From an uncultured Gemmatimonadales bacterium (GTDB taxonomy: Bacteria; Gemmatimonadota; Gemmatimonadetes; Gemmatimonadales; Gemmatimonadaceae), in the NCBI GenBank assembly GCA_963850905.1, contig CAWKMU010000006.1, forward strand, positions 1 through 15,957: a stretch of DNA of 15,957 nt. The letters are read 5' to 3'. Every line of letters begins with the position of its first letter. Position 1 is the first letter of the stretch. Below the pieces are notes generated by a model, which made no database searches, was not told the origin of the DNA, and saw nothing but the letters and a program-made list of their open reading frames with translations. Shown piece by piece: positions 10,104-15,957 of the stretch. The position numbers and the translations under genes were made by a program.

Positions 10104-10174
10104 CTGGGGTCCACGTCACAAGCTTGAATCACACCCGAGTCTGCCGTTCAATGGGTTTTCCAAGGGTCTCTAAG
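10104..10174 (+). repeat. Direct repeat copy 1 (71 bp) upstream of the RidA gene
   Basis: CTGGGGTCCAC..CAAGCTTGAATC..AATGGGTT.TC..GGTCTCTAAG aligns ungapped to 10614-10684 at 57/71 identity. Confidence 0.92.
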
Positions 10175-10208
10175 ACCTTAAATTGGCGACACAACCGGAG
10201 ACGGACGC

Positions 10209-10610
10209 ATGCAACGAGAGATCATCCGGGTCGAGCCGATTGACAGCAATTTCAAGAAGTGGGGCGTGCCGGTGTCCACCTGCACCCGCGCCGGCGACAT
10301 GGTGTTCGTCTCGGGCATGCCGCCCTTCGATCCTGAGACCGGCGAGGTCCTCGTCCACGCCCCGTTCGAGCGCCAGGTTGAGCTGATCCTGGAGCAGGTG
10401 AAGAAGGCGCTCGAGGCCGCCGGGTCGGACCTCGACCATGTGCTGAAGTGCAACGTGCTGTGCATCTCGGCGGACCGATTCAAGGCCTTTAACGAAGTCT
10501 ACAAGCGCTATTTCCCGAAAAACCCCCCAGCCCGCATCTTCTTCTGCGTGCCTGAGTGGACCGGGCCCTTCGACGTCGAGGTCGATTGCGTGGCGATCAC
10601 GAAGGACTGA
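10209..10610 (+). CDS. RidA/YjgF/YER057c/UK114-family protein (133 aa)
   Basis: GDMVFVSGM.P.DP.TG, LEAAGSDLDHVLK, FNEVY..YF...PPAR (catalytic Arg) and DVEVDCVA. SD GGAG at 10197-10200. Rid subfamily not determined. Confidence 0.93.
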   Translation: MQREIIRVEPIDSNFKKWGVPVSTCTRAGDMVFVSGMPPFDPETGEVLVHAPFERQVELILEQVKKALEAAGSDLDHVLKCNVLCISADRFKAFNEVYKRYFPKNPPARIFFCVPEWTGPFDVEVDCVAITKD

Positions 10611-10613
10611 CCT

Positions 10614-10684
10614 CTGGGGTCCACACCCCAAGCTTGAATCTCGCCCGTACCCGCCGCTGAATGGGTTCTCAAACGGTCTCTAAG
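10614..10684 (+). repeat. Direct repeat copy 2 (71 bp), starting 3 bp after the RidA stop codon
   Basis: Exactly 510 bp from copy 1. Its 3' end contains the better-matching inverted repeat to 9934-9949. Confidence 0.92.
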
Positions 10685-10784
10685 GCCGTTCATGCATTTC
10701 CGCGGGGCAGCGAACAGTTTCTCTCGAGTAGACTCTAGGTCGAGACATCGGCTGAGCGGCTATGGCTCTCGCGGTGCTCCCACG

Positions 10785-11291
10785 CTATACGGCGAACGGG
10801 TTCTCGTCGGCGCTCGGGCCGTAGATGGAGGGGATCGGGACGCCGAGTGCTCGCAGGTATACGGTCAACTGGCCACGGTGGTGATACCAGTGGTTGAGCA
10901 TGATTGACCGCACGATGGCGACCCGTGGCACGGCGAACAGCTCCCGGTCGCCACGCATCAGCCGCCATGTCGCGGTCAGCGTGGCGTCGTCCATGCTGCC
11001 GAGGAGCTGCTTGGCTTGCGCGACACTGTGGTCGAGCGCCGGAATCAGCTCTGCAGCGCTCGTGGGGCTTGGGTCGTTCGCAAAATTTGGCGCTTGAGCC
11101 GGCGATGGTGACGCGACGAGTGCCGCGACCCCGCCCGGCACAGTCGCGACATGCAGGGCGAGCTGCCCCAGCGTCCTCGCCCGCTCGTGCGGACGCCACG
11201 CCAACTGATTGCCCGGAACGCGCTCGAGGACGCGACGCGTGGTGAGCGTCTCCTGCTCGAGCTCCTGCAACAGACCGTCGATCAACGCCAT
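10785..11291 (-). CDS. DinB/YfiT-like four-helix metalloprotein (168 aa)
   Basis: ELEQE...TRRVLERVP, WRPHERARTLGQLALH, NHWYHHRGQLTVYLR..GVPIPSIYGPSADE (His triad). Start placed at ATG 11291 because of SD GGAGGG at 11304-11299. Confidence 0.92.
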   Translation of the reverse strand: MALIDGLLQELEQETLTTRRVLERVPGNQLAWRPHERARTLGQLALHVATVPGGVAALVASPSPAQAPNFANDPSPTSAAELIPALDHSVAQAKQLLGSMDDATLTATWRLMRGDRELFAVPRVAIVRSIMLNHWYHHRGQLTVYLRALGVPIPSIYGPSADENPFAV

Positions 11292-11323
11292 TTTACTGCC
11301 CTCCGCTCTGCGTGTGTCTCGAG

Positions 11324-11773
11324 TCACGCCTGCTCGACTCGTCGCCGAATGCGCGCGACCAGGAGGGGCCAGCCCTGCGAGAGCGCCTCTCGATAGCCGT
11401 CTGGAAACAGCCCGAGTGCCGTGTGACGGAGCGTGATCAACGTCCCGCCGTCAGCCTCTTTGAGTCGGTATTGCAGATTACAGGCTACGGCGAACGACAT
11501 CATCAGTGGTCCCGTGATCTCGAGCAGCGTTGGTCGCTTGATCGCCTGGACGTGACCCCACAGGTGCCCGTTGTTGCCGCCGAGGTCGCGCAGCCACCGG
11601 CCGCCAGGCCAGGGCTCGAGGACCATCGGCAACGGCGTGCCGTTGTGCCCTTCGTTCGATGGACCCATCTCCTCGAGCAGCGCCGCGAACGCCGCCGTGA
11701 GAGACGAGCGAACGTGGGCTTCCTCGGTAATATCGAGCGACAGGGTGTCGATGGCTGGAGCGAGTGCGGTCAT
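11324..11773 (-). CDS. SRPBCC/AHA1-like (START-fold) ligand-binding protein (149 aa)
   Basis: MVLEPWPGGRWLRDLG...GHLWGHVQAIKRPTLLEITGPL, GGTLITLRH and a C-terminal GW helix. ATGA overlap with the arsR stop; a typical ArsR-SRPBCC operon. Confidence 0.88.
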   Translation of the reverse strand: MTALAPAIDTLSLDITEEAHVRSSLTAAFAALLEEMGPSNEGHNGTPLPMVLEPWPGGRWLRDLGGNNGHLWGHVQAIKRPTLLEITGPLMMSFAVACNLQYRLKEADGGTLITLRHTALGLFPDGYREALSQGWPLLVARIRRRVEQA

Positions 11774-12129
11774 GATTGCCTCCCTTGAGTCTCGTCGGTG
11801 TCGTAATTCGCTTGCTGCTCAGCGCGTGCCTTGACCCGTGTGAGCTGGCGGCGCCAGTAGCGCTCGAAGCGACCCGTCCATTCGTGTAGCGGTCTCAGCC
11901 CCTCTGCGTTCGTGCGATACAATATCTGCCGGCCGTCGCGCCGGGCCTCGACCAAGCCGACATCGCGAAGCACGCGGAGGTGTTTGGAGACCGACGGTTG
12001 CGCCAGGCGCAGCGCCAGGACGACATCGCCGACCGGACGCTCGCGAGCGGCGAGATACGCGAGGATGGCCCGCCGACGCGGTTCGGCGATGGCATTGAAG
12101 GGGTCGGAGGTCGTGGCGGCACGAGGCAT
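11770..12129 (-). CDS. ArsR/SmtB-family transcriptional repressor (119 aa)
   Basis: DPFNAIAEPRRRAIL..L, ERPVGD, QPSVSKHLRVLRDVGLV..RRDGRQ..Y, with W..FERYW tail. No Cys metal site. Confidence 0.95.
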   Translation of the reverse strand: MPRAATTSDPFNAIAEPRRRAILAYLAARERPVGDVVLALRLAQPSVSKHLRVLRDVGLVEARRDGRQILYRTNAEGLRPLHEWTGRFERYWRRQLTRVKARAEQQANYDTDETQGRQS

Positions 12130-12164
12130 AGCCTAAATCTCATGCCTATGCGGGAATATGTCAA
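12130..12164 (-). promoter_or_regulatory. Sigma70-type promoter, probably leaderless, with an overlapping imperfect operator dyad
   Basis: Minus strand reads TTGACA(12164-12159)-17 bp-GAGATT(12141-12136)-6 nt-ATG(12129), with no SD. The dyad ATATTCC-N6-GGCATGA lies in the spacer. Confidence 0.55.
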
Positions 12165-12184
12165 TGGCTCCTCTGCGTGTGATC

Positions 12185-12209
12185 CAGCTCCGGCCAATGG
12201 CCGGAGCTG
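12185..12209. repeat. Perfect inverted repeat CAGCTCCGGCCA-A-TGGCCGGAGCTG
   Basis: 12-bp arms, about 100 nt downstream of the tricorn stop codon. No U-tract on either strand. Confidence 0.8.
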
Positions 12210-12306
12210 CAAGTCACTATTGCCACGAGTTGAACGCGCGCTCGACCATTGACCTCTCGGCCACGTGCCAATCGATGGCCATTCTCCCTGCGCCGCGCCA
12301 CACGCG

Positions 12307-15300
12307 CTAGTAAGTAGCCGGCACCGTCACGCGATTGATCGGCGGGGGCCGGGGAACACGCTCGACGGGGTGCGCCTGCAAGAGCTTCAATGCTTCAGCT
12401 ACCGCACGCTCGAGCTGCGGATCGTGCCCTTTGATCACGTCGGCAGGTGTGTTTTCCACCTCGACGTCGGGCGAGATGCCTTCGTTCTCGATCGCCCACT
12501 TGCCCTGTGAGTTATAGAACGCCAGGTCGGGCGCCGTGATGCCAGCTCCATCGATCACCGCCGGCACACCGAGGGTGCCCACCAGCCCGCCCCACGTTCG
12601 TGTCCCGACGAGCGGACCGATCTTGGCGGCGCGGAAGTAGTACGGCAAGGCATCGCCGCCCGAGCCCGCCGACTCGTTGATGACCAGCACTTTGGGCCCA
12701 TTCATCCCCATCATCGGCACGGTGATGGCCCGCCCCGCGCGGCGCGCGAAGTAGCCTGCGAACACGCGGTCCAGGTGGTCGACGATGTAGTCGGCAATCG
12801 AGCCGCCCTGGTTGTACCGCTCATCGATGATCGCACCGTCTTTCTCCTGTTGCGGATAGAAATACCGCTTGAACGCCGCATACCCTCCAACGGAGGTGTT
12901 GGGCAGCCACACGTACGCCAGACGCCCGCCCGACAGCTTGTCCACCAATTTCCGGTTGCCATCGATCCACGCCTGCGTCCTCAGTGCCTCGTCGTCACCG
13001 ACAGGAACCACCGTCAGCAGCCAGGAGCCAGCGAGGGTCGGCGCACTGTTCACACGGATCGTCGTGTGCTTCTCGGCAGTCCCCTCGAAGAGGCTGTACA
13101 GATTGGTCGGCGCCGCCAACGGCCGGCCATTCACCTCCAGGAGGTAGTCTCCCTCGGCCACCCGGAGGCCGGGGGCACTGAGCGGTGCGTGCAGTTGCGG
13201 GTTCCAGCTGCCGGCCGTGTAGATGTGCGCGATGCGGTAATGCCCGTTCTCCACTGTGTAGTCGACACCCAGGAGTCCGACCGAGACGTGCGCCGTGTCC
13301 GGCACATCACCCTCACCCTCGAGGTATGAGTGCCCGACCGTTAGCTCGCCTCCCACCTCGGCGATCAGGTATCCCAGATCGGCGCGGTGCTCGATGTATG
13401 GCACCATGGGGCTGTACTTGTCGTAGATCGCCTGCCAGTTGTTGCCGTGCATCTTGGGATCGTAGAAAAACTGGCGCTCCGTCCGCCACGTCTCCCGAAA
13501 GATCTCGGCCCACTCGGCCTTGGGATCGATCACTGTCTCCATCTCAGCGACGTCGAGGTTGCCGTCGCCGACTTTCGCCGGATGATCGGTCGGGACAATC
13601 CCCCAGTGATCCCCGGCCGCGCGGTAGAGCAGCTTCTTGTTGTCGGCCGACACGATGTAGGAGTCGACCCCGTCGAGGAACGATTGGGCCCCGCGGTCGG
13701 CGACGTGATACTGCCACAGGTGTCGCGCGCCACCTCGGCCGGCGCGCGCAGGTGCTTCCGTATAAAAGAAGGTCCCGGGACCGCCGGCGATGAGATCGCC
13801 GTAATCGCCCGGTGGTCCGGGAAGCGCCACGATGCGTCCCTGGATGCCCTCCAAGTCGACACGCATGGCCGCTGCGCTGTCGGGTCGCGTCGCCGGCGCG
13901 CGGCCGGCCGCGGCCAATGGAGCGCCGTGGGCTGTCGCAGCCCTGGCTTCCACCCCTCGGCCGGTATCAGCCGAGCGAGCCGGCTCATCCTCCGGCTCGG
14001 GGAGGACCGGCGATGGCACGCCGGCGCTCAGCACCGCCAGATAGATGTTGCGCCGTACCGTCTGCTCCTCGGAGCTCATGTCGAGCCATCCCGCCTGGAG
14101 GGCGTAATTGGTGCTCGCCAGGAAGTAGAGGTACTTCCCACTCGCATCGAACGCCGGCGTGATGGCATCGGCCATGCCGTCGGTCAGCTGGTCCGTCTTC
14201 GCCGTGCTCAGCGAGTAGAGAAAGACGGCGCGCATATGACTGTCCAGCGACTTCTGGTACGCCACCCAGCGGGAGTCCGGTGACCACACCGCGTCGAATC
14301 CGCGGCCGGGATCGTGGTACGCGTCCGTATCGACTTTCGTGAAATGTCCGCCCGGCACATCGAGCACCCACAGATTCACGTCGTTGTCGGTCAACAGGAG
14401 GTGTCCACCGTCGGGCGACCAGACGAGATCCGAGAAGAATGCCGTCGAGGGCAACGCGATCGCCCGAGGCGCGGTCGCGCCGTCCTGATCGCCGATCATC
14501 AGCTGGTACTCGCCGGTCGCATCGGAGAGCCAGGCGATCTGCGTGCCGTCCGGCGACCAGACCGGACTGCGCTCGTGCGCCCCCGAGCTGTGTGTGAGGT
14601 CGCGGTAGCTACCGTTCTTGGCCGCGATCGTGAAGATGTCGCCACGCGCCTCGAACGCCGCGCGTACGCCGGTCGGCGATAGCGCCGCACTTCCGATCAG
14701 CGACGCGACCTTCTTCATCTGCGGCTCGGCCCACGGGAAGTCGCCCCGCACCTCAATGTTGAGCTGCTGTGACTGCCCGGTCTTGAGATCCACGAGATGG
14801 ATGTAGCCCGCCTGTTCGTACACGATGGCGTCAGAGCCGGCCGACGCACTCATGATATCGAAGTCGCGGTGGTGCGTGATCTGCGTGACCTGGCGGCTGT
14901 CGAGACTGTAGGCGTAGAGGTTGACCGTGTTGTCACGATCCGAGAGGAAATACACCGTGTTGCCGACCCACATCGGGTCGGTGTCGTTGCTCCCGTTCCA
15001 AGGCAGCTTCTCTTCGGAGTAGTCGGCCAAGTTCATCACGCGGACCGGCTGCGTGCGTCCTCCGCGGTAACGGCGCCACTGGCTGTTCTGCGGCTCGCCC
15101 CACCCGGCCGCAAACAACGCGACACTGAGCTCTTGGTACGCCATGCGCTTGGCGTCGGGAGCGTAGGAGCCGGTGAAGGCCCGTGGCATGGGGAGTAACT
15201 CGGGCATCCCGCCCTCCGCACTGATGGTCCACAGGCGGAAAAAGGCGTTGGCGCCCGGAGTCGGCACCGTGCCGCGACTCGACGCGAAGACGACGCGCCG

Positions 15301-15663
15301 ACCGTCGGGCGTCCAGCCCCGCACATAGTCGACCCCCGGGTGAAAAGTCAGCCGCCGCGGCGCTCCGCCGGCCGTCGGAACGACGTAGACGTCGGTGTTG
15401 CCGGCGACGGTCGCGGTGTAGGCTATCTGGGACCCATCAGGGGAAAAGATCGGATCCGTCTCGATCGACGGTGTCGCCGTGAGGCGGCGCGCAGTGCCGC
15501 CGGAGCGCGAAGCCACCCATAGATCGCCGCCGTACTCGAACACCACCATGTCGCGGCTCACTGTGGGCCGGCGGAGCAGTCGCGTCCCCTGAGCGGCCGC
15601 GGGTGCCGAAACCACCGCGAGCAGTAAGAGGCCACCTAATTGCTGTCGAACCTTCACTCGCAT
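12307..15663 (-). CDS. Tricorn protease homologue (S41 family; PD40 beta-propellers, PDZ, catalytic domain; 1118 aa) with signal peptide
   Basis: Signal peptide ..VVSAPAAA|Q, repeated FSPDG/WSPDG/WTPDG, WRRYRGG, GELTVGHSY (catalytic His), DERYNQGG, AGSGGD (catalytic Ser), GTRTWGG, IENEG..PDVEV, DPQLERAV. SD GGGGAGG adjacent to the start. Confidence 0.96.
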   Translation of the reverse strand: MRVKVRQQLGGLLLLAVVSAPAAAQGTRLLRRPTVSRDMVVFEYGGDLWVASRSGGTARRLTATPSIETDPIFSPDGSQIAYTATVAGNTDVYVVPTAGGAPRRLTFHPGVDYVRGWTPDGRRVVFASSRGTVPTPGANAFFRLWTISAEGGMPELLPMPRAFTGSYAPDAKRMAYQELSVALFAAGWGEPQNSQWRRYRGGRTQPVRVMNLADYSEEKLPWNGSNDTDPMWVGNTVYFLSDRDNTVNLYAYSLDSRQVTQITHHRDFDIMSASAGSDAIVYEQAGYIHLVDLKTGQSQQLNIEVRGDFPWAEPQMKKVASLIGSAALSPTGVRAAFEARGDIFTIAAKNGSYRDLTHSSGAHERSPVWSPDGTQIAWLSDATGEYQLMIGDQDGATAPRAIALPSTAFFSDLVWSPDGGHLLLTDNDVNLWVLDVPGGHFTKVDTDAYHDPGRGFDAVWSPDSRWVAYQKSLDSHMRAVFLYSLSTAKTDQLTDGMADAITPAFDASGKYLYFLASTNYALQAGWLDMSSEEQTVRRNIYLAVLSAGVPSPVLPEPEDEPARSADTGRGVEARAATAHGAPLAAAGRAPATRPDSAAAMRVDLEGIQGRIVALPGPPGDYGDLIAGGPGTFFYTEAPARAGRGGARHLWQYHVADRGAQSFLDGVDSYIVSADNKKLLYRAAGDHWGIVPTDHPAKVGDGNLDVAEMETVIDPKAEWAEIFRETWRTERQFFYDPKMHGNNWQAIYDKYSPMVPYIEHRADLGYLIAEVGGELTVGHSYLEGEGDVPDTAHVSVGLLGVDYTVENGHYRIAHIYTAGSWNPQLHAPLSAPGLRVAEGDYLLEVNGRPLAAPTNLYSLFEGTAEKHTTIRVNSAPTLAGSWLLTVVPVGDDEALRTQAWIDGNRKLVDKLSGGRLAYVWLPNTSVGGYAAFKRYFYPQQEKDGAIIDERYNQGGSIADYIVDHLDRVFAGYFARRAGRAITVPMMGMNGPKVLVINESAGSGGDALPYYFRAAKIGPLVGTRTWGGLVGTLGVPAVIDGAGITAPDLAFYNSQGKWAIENEGISPDVEVENTPADVIKGHDPQLERAVAEALKLLQAHPVERVPRPPPINRVTVPATY

Positions 15664-15794
15664 CCTCCCCCGCAGTTGGCGCGGCGGTCGGTTGTAGAGG
15701 TACCCATAGGTTACCGTGCTGGCGGCAGGAACATTACGACACGGGACGCCCCACGACTAGCGAGCGAAATAGCGCGTCAGCGTGCCTGTCTGGG

Positions 15795-15891
15795 CAGAAA
15801 GGAGAAAGGGGAAAGGAGATCGAGGAGCGCGGCCTCCTGGCGCACCACACCGTCCAGGCCGCCCAAGCTCTTCGTCTCTTTCTCCTTTCTG
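15795..15891. repeat. Long imperfect hairpin with heptamer-repeat purine arm
   Basis: CAGAAAGGAGAAAG (15795-15808) is the exact reverse complement of CTTTCTCCTTTCTG (15878-15891). Inner stem GCGGCCT/AGGCCGC. The left arm reads AGAAAGG-AGAAAGG-GGAAAGG-AGA. Confidence 0.85.
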
Positions 15892-15905
15892 TGTCGCTCC
15901 TCTCA

Positions 15906-15952
15906 ATTTTGGCCCGCCGTGCGGTCCAAAATCCGCTCCTGCCTATTTTGGA
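15906..15952. promoter_or_regulatory. Three alternating copies of ATTTTGG, a candidate transcription-factor site
   Basis: ATTTTGGCCCGC-CGT-GCGGTCCAAAAT (15906-15932, 11/12 dyad), then ATTTTGGA (15945-15952) inverted relative to TCCAAAAT (15925-15932). Confidence 0.45.
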
Positions 15953-15957
15953 TCGAC

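Larger units (their letters stand above)
9931..10683. mobile_element. Putative non-autonomous IS5-family-like element (TIR-bounded, TAA flanks) carrying a RidA gene
   Basis: TAA(9931-9933)-GAGTTCGTTTGAGAAC(9934-9949) ... GTTCTCAAACGGTCTC(10665-10680)-TAA(10681-10683): inverted repeats 14/16 identical. An internal degenerate right end GTTTTCCAAGGGTCTC-TAA lies at 10155-10173. No transposase is present in the window. Confidence 0.6.

Noticed and set aside
9955..10173. 72-aa ORF, and the peptide WGP..KLES.P..P.NGFS.GL* shared by both repeats (15/22 aa), as a functional protein
   Set aside because: Only 3 of the 14 nucleotide differences are synonymous in this frame, so there is no sign of coding selection, and copy 2 has no start codon. 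At most it is a relic of a transposase 3' end.
10104..10684. Repeats as integron attC sites or a CRISPR array
   Set aside because: No RYYYAAC...GTTRRRY boundaries or long internal dyad, and no intI or cas gene. There are only two 71-bp copies, separated by a whole gene.
10722..10745. Dyad TCTCGA..TAGACTCTA..TCGAGA as a terminator or operator after dinB
   Set aside because: Interrupted weak stem, no adjacent U-tract and no independent support.
11292..11327. Longer 180-aa start for DinB
   Set aside because: There is a good SD before ATG 11291 and family similarity begins there, although the GTGA overlap start cannot be strictly excluded.
13860..14005. Ala/Arg/Pro-rich insertion in tricorn as an intein or extra domain
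   Set aside because: It matches the usual variable low-complexity linker position in bacterial tricorn homologues and has no intein motifs.

Overview
GC-rich bacterial accessory region. The PadR-ADOP permease pair, the carboxypeptidase-regulatory/plug/TonB-type protein and the signal-peptide-bearing tricorn protease suggest Gemmatimonadota or Acidobacteriota (inference). Gene order: alpha/beta hydrolase (+), aldo/keto reductase (-), 80-aa conserved small protein (+), internally duplicated DoxX-like membrane protein (+), PadR (+), ADOP duplicated ABC permease interrupted by one in-frame TAG (+), ~1066-aa STN/CarboxypepD_reg/plug/TonB-C mosaic with no beta-barrel (+), RidA-family gene (+), ArsR-SRPBCC-DinB operon (-), tricorn S41 protease (-). 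The most unusual structure is at 9931-10690. The RidA gene sits like a cassette between two ungapped 71-bp direct repeats (57/71 identical, period 510 bp). The whole block is bounded by 16-bp inverted repeats (14/16) flanked by TAA, consistent with a transposase-less IS5-like passenger element with a duplicated right end. Other oddities: an exact 19-bp duplication spanning the start codon of the mosaic gene, and a long hairpin with heptamer-repeat arms near the window end. No rRNA, tRNA or CRISPR array was seen.
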